Below, piece by piece: positions 50,131-64,000 of a stretch of DNA of 64,000 bases (positions are counted from its first letter, which is position 1; each line of letters starts with the position of its first letter). This stretch comes from Mytilus californianus (Eukaryota): positions 43,400,001 through 43,464,000 of the forward strand of contig NW_026262701.1 of NCBI RefSeq assembly GCF_021869535.1. The letters are read 5' to 3'. Position numbers and translations under genes: made by a program. Below the pieces are notes generated by a model. The model saw only the letters and a list, made by a program, of their open reading frames with translations. It ran no database searches and had not been told where the DNA came from.

Positions 50131-53100
50131 ATTTCAATTCCGTTGGGATAAAATGTTTTGAAAATTCATATATATGTTCGTAGCTTATTTTGTGTGAAAT
50201 TTGTCAGGTTTCGTTTTAAACAGTTTTCATTTTATATCCATCCAATTGAGGAACGCGATTGGGCCATTTGTTAATTGTGAATTGTAAATCAACAACGAAA
50301 ATTTATTTGAAAAAAATAGAAGCGTTGACTGTGCATTGCGTCTAATATCGATGTGTTTTTTATGTTATAGATTGTTTGGCATAAACATAATGAAATGTGA
50401 GAACCAGTTTAGATTCAACACAACAACAAAAAATAAAAAAAAATAAAAAGGAATTACAAACAGGCTGAGTTAATTTCAGAGTTATGTAAGCACACATTTC
50501 AATTATTAGAGGTTAGAGCCATAGTGTCATGGTTCTAGTGTTACCTGATTTAAGGTATTTTCTTCTATATTTATTTCAATCGGACCTGATAATAATCGTT
50601 GGTCACGTCTTGCGATTGTATTCTGTTTTCGGTGACTTTACTATTCATAAACTGACATACAATTATCAAAATGTAAACACTTAAACCGATAGACGATTTT
50701 CTCAATGTGCTGTCTTCATGAAAAAAGGAATTGGATAGGCAATGAGAGGATTTGTAAGAATATTTTCTAAAGTAACATCTCCAGCAACCTAAACCGATGG
50801 ACGTTTGAATACATGTATAAGTTATATATTTAAATTATGTGACCTGAAATTACTTCTCCCGATTTAATTTTTTTTGGGGGGGGGGGGGATTATTGGTTTA
50901 AATCGCTTTAATTTGGATTTTGATAGAGGACTGTTTAAATTCCTGGACTGACGTTCGGATTCTCTACAGCTCTACGCACAGAATATATTACATCTCGCAT
51001 ACGGTTAGTTTAAAACAATAAAATACAAATGTAGCATTTGATAATTAAAGATAGACTATGAAATGTTTTATTAATCTAAATATTTTGATATTTAATTAGC
51101 CATTAATCGTGAAATTCAATTGAAATTAAATTGAAACCATAATTGTGTAATTTAAGTGAAATAAAAGAAGCCCTTTGAAACGGGCGCACGAGGGGTCTCT
51201 TCCTATATAAAGATATACACGCAAGCCGCTGGTATGGGCCATCAGTTTGGTGCAATTTCACGGAGGATGATATATTTTAATGGGTCATAAATGTTCATAT
51301 TCTATTAAGATGTCTGTAACAACTGTGTTCTGATCTTATTATTATCTAATAATATTAATGATTCCATGTGATTAACGACTAAATAAGATGTCATGATAGC
51401 TGTGAAATATAAACATATAAATGGGTTGTGATTTTCCAATGAAATATATTATTGGGTAGGGATTTTCCCATAACTTAATATATGAATGGGCGTGTATATT
51501 TTTAACACCAGCCGGACGTCTGTACCCAAATTTGTACGTTGAGCCCATTCCCTCCCCCCACCTCCCGTGAACGGGTTGTATGTACATGTAGTGAAAGGTG
51601 CGGAGTGTCAGTCTTTTCATCCATTCTCCCTCCCGTATTGCGCCTTGGTACCCTCTACTGCTCCCTAACTACTTGGCAGAATTTTGTATAACTTTCACCT
51701 TATCTTACTATCAGGTGGTTTTTGTACCTCATATTTTCATACTAAAACCAAGTGATTTTTTTGTTTTGTTTACTTTTGCTTACATGAGCTTTGTTATACA
51801 CGCACAATACATTAAACGTTTCCATCCGCTTTTTCCAAACCCTAAAAACTATTGTTCAATGAAACTTTCTCAAATCTCCAACATAAATATATATTCTTTC
51901 TTTAAAATAGTTAAAGTTTTTCCTTAGAAAACTTTGGACTTGAATGGCAGTATCGCCAAAAAAAAAAGAGCAGACGAATCATCTATGCTTTTCCATAGTT
52001 AGAAATTATTATAGATAATCTATAATCGAAAAGAGACTCCATGAAAATGTTGTTATTTATATAGAACACCACCACCTTAAGCTCTTTTTGAGATACTGCC
52101 ATCAAGAAAGCTGAGATTGCGTACTTGGAATATGCCATTCAATTTTTGTCATGATCCACGATTATGACAAAATATTGTTTAAGTTTTTAAAAATCAATTT
52201 ATTTAGAAATCTAAAAAAAAAATCAAAATAATTTACAAGAAAAACTGTGTAAATACACTTTTGATTAACAGAAAGAAAAACATTGAGAACTATAGAATAT
52301 ATAGGCCATAAAATGCAATACACGCAAAAGAAAAGGCCGGAAAATGTTAAAAACATAACGGGCGCTTACAGTTTGTTTGTTATACATGCTAGAACCCTGT
52401 TTGTTTGGAAAAAATGATACTATTGCATGAAAGTCTTTAATACTACAGTGACTGTTACATTGTAACTGTCGTAAGTCAATAACAGTTATTTGATCAAGTA
52501 ATACGTATATGTGTCTTAGAGATCATTTGAATTGAACGATACAAAATATATCTAAAAATAATTCGAACTCAATTGATTGTCGTCTGCTCAACGTCCAGTT
52601 GCAAATAGTTCATGCATGTTAGGGACGACATAAAATTAACACTGCATGCAATAGGTAAGTCCTGTAATAGGGGACTTCCGGGATGAAGGGCGGGAAATTT
52701 CTGACGGTCACTAGAGTGTATATTGGAGAGACATTTAGCCTTAATTGCAACAGGCCTATTTGCCTCACAAAGGAGTTGTTGTAAGAGCTCATAACATGCA
52801 GAGAGAGTGGCACATTTTCTATACGAGGCATTAGATTGAACGTCCCCATTTTGACCCGACGTGGCTATGTACAGTAACTTATACATCCCACACAGACAAA
52901 AAGGAATCCCCATTTGGGAAGGGTTTTACTGCCGGTCGGAAGAAAACCAAAAGGTACCACTTATTCCCCAGTCACCCATTTATTTATAAACATGCATTTG
53001 TATTCTTTATTCAAATGAACTGAACAATCAGGAATTTCATCGGTAGAAACTACTGACTCAACACGAACCCCACTAAAACAGAGGGTGATCTCTGTTTCTC

Positions 53101-53796
53101 TTGAAGGGTAAGAAGATCCAGCTCCACGTGTGGCACCCGTCGTGTTGCTCATGTAAGTACACACCCAGTGATAAGTCTAATTCGGTAGGTCACATTCGGG
53201 GAAAAGGATGATTTCATAAGAAAACGTCAATTTTGGCGACAAATTTACATAGATATATAGTGAAAATGTCGTGTTTTTTACTTATTTTTTAAGATTTTTT
53301 GATTGGATGGCTATGTTCTTATATACGGAGAAAGACTAAAAACTAACACAATATTCAGGATTGTACAAATGTATATTAAATCCATGCATGTATAGAAACA
53401 TATATATCACCATCCTTGTTTTTTAGATACATTGCTTCAAAGTTGACCGATACGCTTAGAATTTGACAGAAAACGTGTGACGTTACTGAATACAGAATAA
53501 CGTTTTTTTTTTACTCAGAGGTATTGAAACAAATATGAAACAGGATCTGAATGGTGTTTGTTATTTTATTTTCATTTCTCCTGTCATGTTTCTTAAATTT
53601 CCTATGTATTCAATATAACATCCTACTGATTTAATTTTATTTCGTCCTAACCGGTTGCACATTTAGCTCTTCAAAACTCTAATTTGCAACTTAACCCTAC
53701 CAAATCAGACAAAGTTGATGCCACCATTGCGTCCATGCATTAATAAAATGCTTCAAAAATTTGATTAAGTCCACGGTGATGTTGAAATACAATTTA

Positions 53797-53860
53797 AATT
53801 GATTGATTGATGGTTGGTTAACGTCCAGTGGCAAATATTTCATGCATGTTCAGGACGATA
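53797..53860 (-). repeat. SINE-like 3' tail ending in (CAAT)n; other copies at 14545-14597 (+) and about 22740 (-)
   Basis: TTGATTGATTG..TTAACGTCCAGTGGCAAATATTTCATG and its reverse complement. Confidence 0.55.
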
Positions 53861-56800
53861 CTATACAATTTGAAATATTTGTGTCTAAAAAACACATTTG
53901 ATGCACCCGTCAAAAAAATTTAAACATTCTGTTAGTTGTGAAAATTATAAAGAAAATCAATATCCTGATAAAAAACACATTTTCAATATAGTATTCTCTG
54001 TATGGTGCAAACGTGTGAGTTGTGTGCGAAGTTTGTCGGACAAACCTTGCAAACCCTATGCAAAATTTCCCTTCGTTGAAAATTATGCAAAAATAATCCA
54101 GAGAATGTATGTGCACCCTCAATATAAGTAAATCACTCGACCCAATATAAAAGCTCAAGCATAAAAATGTACATGTAGGAGGAGTAAACCGGACTCTGTA
54201 CTTGCGTGCTTTTATATTTTATCAAAAATGTTAAATTCAGCAACCTGTCATTTAAAAAAAAACTGACCATATGCACACCTTTAGTATATGTACTAACATC
54301 AGGCACATAATTTAAAAGTTGAGGTGAGGTCCTAAGATTAGCATATAAACCCTATATACTAAGTGCGGGACGGACGGTCGAAGAGACACGGGTAAAACAA
54401 TATGCTCCCGGCATTTTGTCGAGGGAGCAAAATATGTGTAAGTGTTTATATATGATGATGTTCTATTTCATAAGGTATTTGGTGACACAATATCTTTTTG
54501 AATAAGTAGTTCATAGTGGAATGGTAATTTGGAGATCTCAAATGTAGCAACGTAAGCAAGCTAACATCTTCGTCATTTGGTCTTTGATGGAAAGTTGTCT
54601 CATTGGCAATCATACCACATCTCCTTATTTTGAAATACAAGAAGTTTAAAGACTTTAACAAATATGTACTAGGAGACTGAAGTATGTTACTGTTATAACT
54701 AAAAATCTGACTATTGTTGTGAACATGCATGTGATGTTTTAATTTGATAGATTTAATACTTGCTATACGAAATGTACTTATTAACTTCCCAATTCAAGGG
54801 AATCTTTACTAAAACTACAAATTAGCAGTAAAAAAGTACTTGGCCATCCTGCATTAGTCACGTGTTATCTAGATGTCTTTAGTTTTGTGTGTAGTTAATT
54901 GGCCCGTTGCTGTCTTATTGTATATCCCACATCTTCATTTATTCTCACTAAGAAATACCAACACTTTTTTTACATAGATATAAGAAGATGTGGTATAAGT
55001 GCCAATGAGACAACTCTCCATTCAAGTTAAAATTTATGAAAGTAAACCATTATAGGTCAAAGTACGGTCTTCAACACGGAGCCTTGGCTCACACCGAACA
55101 GCAAGCTATAAAGGGCCCCACAAATTACTAGTGTAAAACCATTCAAACAGGTATACTCTTTATAAGACTGTGAATACCCTCGGGCTTTTCCCGACGTCAG
55201 CAATGTTCCGTTCCCTCAAATTTGTTAATCGTGTGTGAGTCGTTTTATCCCCCCACTATGTGAAATGGTGGATTTTTCATCATCAATACTTGTACATCAT
55301 ACATACGATGTTTATATATCCCAACTCGTTCGTTATGCCCGTGTGTGTATTGATGTCATAGATTTCAACGTAATCAATGAATCACTGGTAAATTATTAAG
55401 TCAGGGATTTCGTTACCATAAATTACTTAAAACGTTTACTAAATTCTTTCATAGATACAAAGATTTGACTTAACCTGTAGAAATATTATTACACATCCTA
55501 AATTTTACGGTAATATTGTACTAGTATTTTGTTTCAGGGAGGGGTTGTCTTTTCACACTGTTCCTTCATCTGTTTTTTTATTAATATTGTATTTATATTG
55601 TGTCATAGATCAAACTTATTCGTTCAGTGTATGTTTACTTGTTTTTGTTTAAATGTCTTTTTGATCGAGTTAAACCATTTCAACTGATATTTTATAGTGT
55701 GTCTTTTTATGTTGTAATGTTACACTACTGTCTCACGTTAGGGTGACGGTTGGCGCCTGTTAAAACGTTTAAACCCGCTGCATTTGTATGCACCTGTCCT
55801 AAGTCTGGAGCCTGCTGTTCAGTGGTTGTCGTTTGTTGGTGTGGTTTAAAAGATGTGAGTGTTTCTCGTTTCTAGTTTTTATAAAGATTAGACCGTTGGT
55901 TTCCCTGTTTGAATTGTTTCATACTAGTCATTTTTGGGCCCTTTATAGCTTGCTGTTCGGTGTGAGCCAAGATTCCGTGTTGAAGGCCGTACTTTGACCT
56001 ATAATTGTTTAGTTTTTATACATTGTGACTTGGATGGATAGTTGTCTCATTGGCACTCATACCACATCTTCTTATTTATATTATTTGTACATCATGTCCA
56101 ACTAAAAACACCAAAAACACACCAATCACCGAAGACTTAAGCGTAGATTAACAAGAATCTAAAGTCAAAAAGATTTTAAGATCTTGTTGGTTTTTTCAGT
56201 TTGTTTTTGCCATTTGAATAATATAGGCCAATGAAAATATTTCTTTATAATTTGGTAACGTTCAAAGCGCTTTTGTGGATTTACCTTCATCAAAGCACCG
56301 ATTTTTCATTTATTGTGTGGCCACGTTTTTTTTTAATGAATCGTTTGATTGTAAATTTCGAGAAAATAATTTATTGAAGAATGGAATTTAAAAAAAATTG
56401 TAACGAGATCTGAATGATTTAATTTTATTTCGTCCTAATCGAATGCACATTTAGCGTTAACATCCCATATGTTTTAGCCTTTGTTAACTTTCTCCTTTTT
56501 CCGATGTTGCGGTCCTGCGTAGACTGTACTTATACGATTACAATGCTGGCACTTTATTTTTTAACAAGCTTCCGAAACCATATCGGACTTCTTCTGCACA
56601 GTCCAATAAATTTCAGAAACTGTTTACACTTGGAACATAAGGAAAATGTTGTTCGTGTTCGGCCAAATAACGAAGTTCAACTATTCTCTTTTTTTCATTC
56701 CATGCCTGACAAAATGAAAAACGGCGTTTTTTCGGCGACCATTATAAATAAAGGGGCTTCTTAACGGAATTGCATTGATAGTGATACAATTCTCCGTATT

Positions 56801-58554
56801 AATTCACACATTATCCTAGCTTTCTTTAATTTGGATTTTTACTTTCAAAACAAAATCTCATCGGGAAACGGTGTGCATCATAGTTAAGAATGTATTGAGA
56901 AAAAAACCCAACCCAGATTAAAAAATCTCAGTCTCAGGCTGTTATACATAATAACAGATATAGATAAATCGTACAAATGCTTATTTACTTTTAATAGACT
57001 AGAACATTTAAAAAGTATATATTTAAATGTAAAGAATGAGCAGAACTGCAGAAAGACGACGAAGCAATCAATGTCAAATAACGTATTGCATCAAATCTCT
57101 TGGCAATCTGCATCTATGCAAAATTACAATAACAATGTTGAACAAAAATATAAGGTTATTTCATTATTATTTCAGTTCGCGATAAAAGTGCAACATATGG
57201 CCTACATGTTTTTGTCGTCAACCTCCAGAAACACAACGGAACTTGCTGCATTGACTGGTATCTAGGAACGTTACTCAATATCGCCAAGAACGATAACTCA
57301 TAATTAAGGGCATACGATACAGTTACAGGGGAGGTAATGACGTTGCTAATGTAATAAGTTATTTTTCGCGACGTCAAACTGCGACATATCGGGAAAAGAT
57401 GCATTTTACGAGCGTTTTTAATACAATGTAATAAGCTTGAAAACGAGCACATGGGCCCCTCTTTTTCAAAATGACATTTGACTTGAAACTGTATGTAGAT
57501 TATTTGTTCCATTTTTTATGAAAATAATCACCGATGATTTTTTTTAAAATTGGGTAAATATGCAGCAAAAAATCCCGTTTTTTTTTCTAAAATCTGGAAA
57601 ATTTGATTAATATGAATTATTTATAAAGAATTGTTACACAAATTAAGAGCATAACTTTGTAAAGAAGATAGTCCTAATCTTTTAACAAAAATTCGTATGT
57701 GTTTATCTTTTGAAACAAAACAAGTTATGTGTGTCTGTCCAAAGGATAGAAATGTCCAAGAAACCGAAATTTTAAGTAAAATGTCTAAAATTTCAATCCC
57801 ATTTATTTCTAAATTTAGCACATGAAGGTATATTTTTTATTACATATTTAAATTGACTAAGTGAAAAATAGCTTGTTTGCAAATTTTCTGCTACGAAAAT
57901 GTTTTGTCATAACTTCAAGAAAAAAAAAAACAAAACTGGTATTATATATGTATTTATTTAGGTATCGTCTGCTTTGAAACTTTGCTATTTTAACGGCAAA
58001 GTATTGAAATGTGAAAATATATTTTCATTTTACCTACAAGTGTGGACACAGATCAGTGTGGATAGTATGTTTGGATGTTTGACAGTGTTTTATATGACAA
58101 AAGAAGTTCTATTTTTTTCCCATAGGGTTCTATATTATTAACTGTGTTGCACAATGACAACCAACCTGAGCATTAGGAGTGTTGTTTATTTAAAATTTAG
58201 TTTTTTATGTTCAAGACGGGCATGGACGAGACAATAATTGCATTAATTACCAAAGGATTATGATAGAATATGTTCCACATCTTTGATTTTGGATACATTT
58301 TGTAGCTAGGAGAGGAACACATAATAGGTTCATTTTTTCATGATGTGATTTTTTTTATATGGGAGATGGTATCTGAGAACATGTATTTGCTTACTATTTG
58401 TATGGTTCTATTTATATTACTTTGTGGTGGATCATCAGTATCATAAGTAAAAGATTCAGTTTAAATGTAGAAATTGTTTCTCAGATTAGAAGACATTTAA
58501 TGGTTTTTAGTAATGACAATGCCTGACATGATGCTTGGGGCTAGATGAGCTAAT

Positions 58555-59217
58555 AAACTGCTTTTCTGAGCGCAGCTGGATACGCCCTCAGAGGTCCAAC
58601 CCTGAACAGTTGGGGCAAAAATGGACACAATATTCAAGCTTGGTACAGGTCTGAATTTGGATTGTAATTAAATATTTGATATATTATAGGTTTCTGAATG
58701 AATGTAGTCAAAGAACTTGAAATTGGTTATATGAAAGATTTCTTGCTGTTGTGCAATACACTGTGCTGTAGCGTAACACTTAAAAATCTGTTGTCAGATT
58801 ATAAACAAATAAAATCTTATAACTCGAAAACATAAAATCGAAAATTTATAAAAATCAAAAGGGAGCTTACAAAAATAGATATAAACAATTTACCAAAGTT
58901 TCATAAAAAATGCTGAAAGCATTTTTGAGTTATTGTTCGAAAACTGGAAAATCCCCCTTTTCGTAATGAATAAAACCCCATAAATCGGAAACGATAAATC
59001 TGAAATTTATAAAAAATGGAAGGGAGCTCACGTCAATAGATTTGAACAATAAATTCACAAAAGTTTCTTGCAAATTGGTAAAATATTTTTTGAGTTATTG
59101 ACCGAAACCCCAAAACTTGGAAACGGTATTTTGAACTAATATCCGACATGTTGACGACGGACGGACAGACGGTCAACAGTATACCATAATACGTCCCGTA
59201 AACAGGCGTATAAAAAG
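58555..59217 (+). mobile_element. HINE/pearl-like element
   Basis: Tandem cores with GGGAGCTT at 58861 and 59021, (GACG)n, 3' hairpin ATACGTCC..GGCGTAT. Confidence 0.75.
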
Positions 59218-61025
59218 TAAACTTCTACGTTATTTTTTAATAATTCTTTGAAAATATCTCCTCCAAAGATGGTCAAAGCAAAAAAAAGTTTTGACCAGTA
59301 TGAAAATAATATCAACAAAAGAACCTTTGAGAGTATGCTTCAAAGGCTCATAACTGCTACAGAAGTCATCTCATAAAATTTTAAGTGGACATGAACATCT
59401 ACTTAATATGTCTAAAGATCTAATAAGTTATAATATTCAATATGAAAAAGGTATTGCAAAAATATTCATGGTATTCTCTTTTCAATTTTATTTTGTTATA
59501 TGGATACAAATATAAGTGAAACCAATACAGTAAGGCAGTTTTGTTGTGGTATGAAAAAGTGTACTGTAGTAATTAACATTTACTGTTAATCCACATAAAT
59601 TAAGAAATAAACAAATGAATGATAAATGTTGAACATGTACAATGAAATATAGATTTAGAAATCAATTAGGCAAGATAGGCCTTATGAATTTTGGTCTTTT
59701 TTTAACATACTGAATGACCCTTTACACTCAGGACTGAGTCGTCAGTAGGCAGTACAGATGTATAAAAATAAAGTGTAACAAACAACCTAGCATCATACTG
59801 CTAGTAGCACGAGTAGCATTGTTTGGTTCAAATCTAAATAAAATGCTTTTACTTCCATATTACTTACATTGTACATAGAATGGATACTACTTTTGACAAT
59901 TCCTTGTACATGAGAGTTGTCTGTCAAATCTTTATTTCAGTTTTAACAAAGAATGAATTGCATAACAATGAACTGAGCTCAAAGCAAAGCACTTTCATAA
60001 TACACTTAGTCAAAGAGCTCAATCCAGTGATATACTTTGTACTACAGGTGCTTCATGAACATCCATCGACCAAAACCATACATGTATCTCAATAACATGC
60101 CATACTACATGTACATGGTTGGATCAGAAGTCCTGAAAAAGACATTAATTTTATTATCGTATTTACAGTTTAAAACTTTCACAAATTTGTGGTAAAAGCA
60201 TTCAGTATCTAGCAACTACAATGTATCAATCGCTTCATGCACAAATTGATATAGGTTGAGCGCCCCTCTGTCGGAAATAAGAACATACCTCCACCTAATT
60301 TTAGGTAACTGATCAAGAAACATTCAAAACTATGAAATGTTATCCAAGACTTGTCAGTGTCTATTTAATTACCATCACCACTGAATCAATAATATATGTA
60401 TACATACATGTATATAAGAGTAAAATTGACATACATATATAACACTAAAACTGACATTCCATCTTTACTCCACCTTCATTCCTCAAGTGGATATTCAAAT
60501 CTGACTTCATGATAAAATAAGATTCCATATCTACAACCAATAAAATACCCCTCTAATAGACTATCCGCAATGAAATCCCAGTTTTCTAAAATGGTAGGTG
60601 GAACCTAAAACTCAAAATATTTTAAACGATATATCTTAAATATTGCTAATACATTTCATAATAATAATTCTAAAAAATTCACTATATTTTTCCTTATTTT
60701 GTCTTTTGTTTGAGACTATATATTGACCTCTAGATGTCTCAATTACATCCAGATTGGCGTGGGTTGATGTCTGATTGTTGTACATGTAATACATACCTTT
60801 TGTTGGAAAAATATGGTTGATTATATAGGGAATCACTGAAGCATTGACTGGAGCGGCCCCCCTCCCCTTAGGTCAGTCAGCGGGCCCTCTTTATGAAAAA
60901 GTTCTGGATCCGCCACTGTAATATATCTACGGGGGATTTGTTTATATAAATAACAACTATTCTCTAAAATTCAAATAAAATGGATGTTAGAAATTATAGT
61001 CAACCATATGCATACCACCTTCAAT

Positions 61026-61573
61026 AAACAGCTGCGCCATAAGCGCATGATACTCTCAGTCACATTTACAAAGAATAAAGTTCAATTACTTCTCAATGCC
61101 ATATTAGAAATTTATGAAAATCAAAAAGGGAGCTTACATCAATAGATATAAACAATTCACCAAGGTTTAATGAGAATTGCTGAAAACATTATCCGAAACT
61201 GGGAAATCCCCGCTTTTTAATATATGAAACCCCATAACTTGGAAATGTAAAATTTATAAAATTCTAAAGGCAGCAGCTTTCATCACTAGATATAAACAGT
61301 TCACCAATGTTTCATGAGAACTGCTGAAAGATTTTTGAGTTATAGTCTGAAAACTGGAAAATCCCCCTTTTTTAAGTATAAACTCGGAAACGTAAAATCT
61401 AAAATTTATAAAAAAAGAAAGGGAGCTTACGTCAATAGATATAAACAATTCACCAAAGTTTATGCAATTTTATTAAAGCGTTTTTAAGTTAATGTCTGAC
61501 ATGTTGACAACGGACGGACAGACAGGCGGACAAAGGTATACCATTATACGTCCCGTAAAAAGGCGTATAAAAA
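61026..61573 (+). mobile_element. HINE/pearl-like element, same family as 58555-59217
   Basis: Same core repeats (about 147-bp spacing), GACGGACGGACAGAC microsatellite, 3' hairpin TATACGTCC..GGCGTATA. Confidence 0.75.
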
Positions 61574-62048
61574 TGAGAAAACCCCATACTGTATATTCTG
61601 CTGTAAAAGAGCCCAACATGTTTATATTGGGATTCAAGATTATTAAAAAAACTTTCATGACAACATAATTATTTGCATTTGTTCTGTTGATTGATTGTGG
61701 TACATGTATGAGGACTGGGATGAAATCAATTATATATAGTTCTGATCAACAGTTTCATGGTAAATAAGTTGTAGTAGCTTGTTTGAAGTTTGCAACATAT
61801 TCAACTTTGAACATCTTTTTCAGGTCTGCAATCCATATAAAAATCTGTACATGTTATATGCCAGATCATGCCAATGAGACTAACTATCCACAGAGATTCA
61901 AATAACAAAGTAATTAATTGCAACCATACAGCCTTCAAAAATTAAAAAAAAAAACAGTCCAGACACGTTAAATATGCAACAATTAAATTGAGAAAAGTAA
62001 TGGCCTGATTTATAAACTTATAAAACTTATAAACAGGTTGGGAACATC

Positions 62049-62079
<31 letters not shown>

Positions 62080-63490
62080 AGTTCTAAAGAAGATGTAGCC
62101 TTTTCAACTTATAAAGCGGGATCTAGAGGGGATTCATGACATTCGAAACAACTTTTCTAAAGGATGGATACATATATAAATTACAATACATGTATGTAAT
62201 ATATATGATTGCCAATGTCAGAGCATGATGAGACAACTATCCACAGAGGTTCAAATGACATAGCAATTATAGGCAACCATGCATACAGCCTGCAAAAATG
62301 AGGAAAACTGTCCTGACATGAAAAGTATGCATCAATACAATTGAGGAGTAATGGCCGGATTCACAATTCTACTAATAATACTAATAAACAGGTTGGGAAC
62401 CCCCCCCCCCCCCCCCAAAAAAAAAAAATGAGGGATATTTTGCAGTTTAAAAAAAGGAAAAATAGATCCTATCACATTACATTTAAAGATAACAATAATC
62501 CAAAGTAAATTATATTACAATGTCAATGGAAGAAATTCCCGCGCAAATGTCATGACTGGGATAGACCAAAAAGAATTTTAGGTCTATACATCATTCACAT
62601 TCTGATCAATTTAGTCACTGATATATATGTCAACTATATTTATATTGGTTTTGAATTTAGTTAATCTATCAGAAAAATGATTTATTTCTCGCAGACAACC
62701 CTTAATAATATACACCAACTCAACACTGAAGCTAAAAACCCCAAAAACATAATGGTATATGGAATCGTCCATACGGATATCCCCTAATATTGATAAAGGT
62801 GAAATATGTCGATTTAGAATTGTGTACAGAGAAATAAAGCCCTATGTAAGGTGAAAAAAAAAAAACCCAACTGTATAAAATTATTATTTATTAAATTTGC
62901 TTGCATAAGAACCGTGAAGTTAAAATTTATAACGATTACGTGTATCCTGTCAACCCCTGAAAAAATAATAATGTCTTCTTGACCTTTTCCGCACCTGCTG
63001 GACAGAAAAATTAATATTTCGTTATATAGTATGTTAATAATTCTATTTCTCTTTCTACAATATAGGTTTCATATCTTATTTTCTAATAACAAAAAAAATA
63101 ATATATATTTACATATAAACCAGAGGCGGGACCTGGTAGGACCTTACCCCCTCCCCCTCCCCCCTTAGAAATTTCTGGATCCCCAATGTATACTGTAGTT
63201 CATATTTAGGTCATTTAGACACACCAAAGTGTAAAGCACATTTAAAAGAGGGATCCACTTATTTTTAATAAATAATAATAATTGAAGCCCATCTGGCCAT
63301 CTGAAGATTTGTTTGAAGCCCATCTGAAGATTTTACATCTGTATCATGTATAGTTGTATATTCCAAGTTCGGCCCCATTTTGCTTTAAATCCAGTCTTAA
63401 TAAAAATACCCCTCTATAGAGGGATAATTTTATTATAGAAAGATTATTCCTCTATGCAGATATAAACACCATACACTGATACAGAGGGTT

Positions 63491-63536
63491 TGTTCCCAAC
63501 CTGATGAAGGTAAATCCGGAAAAGCGCTTTGGACGC
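63491..63536 (+). ncRNA. Degenerate minimal hammerhead-like motif (second family); mutated reverse copy at 56258-56297
   Basis: CTGATGA-A-GG-TAAAT-CC-G-GAAA-AGCGCT-TT-GGAC. Palindromic loop III, as in dimeric PLE hammerheads. Confidence 0.4.
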
Positions 63537-64000
63537 ATGAAATTATTAAAGGTGTTATTTTTCAATTTTTTAAGGTCTTTTAGACACACCAAAGTGTAAA
63601 GCACATGTCAACTATATATATTGTTTCTTTTTTAAACTTTTTATAATAAAATACATCATATAATTGAGGAGGTTTCGTGGAAAAAAACTCTATATTTGTA
63701 TGATAATATCATGTATATTTCAAATTGTTAGCAAATTCAACGTTGGCAGTATTTCTGGAATTCCCGCGTAAATGCCGTGTGTAAATCGGGATATACCATT
63801 TTCAGGGCTGTAATGTCATTCATATTTACAAAATGTAGGTCATTTAGACACACCAAAGTGTAAAAAATATGTCACCTATCATGACTATGTGTCATGTTTC
63901 TGTATAATAAGTGTATCATGAAATTGAGCTGTTTTCGTGAAGAAACACATACAAACATACGTTTATTATAATAACGTCTCAAAATGTAAACAACCCATAA

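Noticed and set aside
59868-60095. Possible exon(s) near 59.9-60.1 kb
   Set aside because: Splice-like signals occur on both strands, but there is no coherent reading frame or domain.

Overview
AT-rich, repeat-dense eukaryotic genomic DNA. The repeat families resemble those of mytilid mussels (Mytilus); this is inferred from remembered repeat consensus sequences, not from a search. The main host feature is a + strand multi-exon gene (about 11.5-41.4 kb) that the ORF track does not assemble. I reconstructed it from phase-compatible splice sites as signal peptide - FN3 - linker - Ig - Ig - Ig - transmembrane helix - cytoplasmic tail with two tyrosine motifs, i.e. a putative immune or adhesion receptor. 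Its first intron holds a 2.3-kb, almost spacer-less inverted repeat (foldback-like element with inner 177-bp tandem arrays). Other content: a frameshifted Ty3/Gypsy pol with a chromodomain-like integrase tail (0.8-4.6 kb, - strand); at least six Penelope-like retroelement remnants; two kinds of degenerate hammerhead-ribozyme motif; Helentron/pearl-type HINE elements; hAT-, Kolobok-, Ginger- and Tc1/mariner-like non-autonomous elements with visible TSDs; SINE remnants; and a perfect 41-bp minisatellite. A possible small Cys-rich gene lies on the - strand at 45.4-47.1 kb (speculative). No rRNA, intact tRNA or CRISPR array was found.
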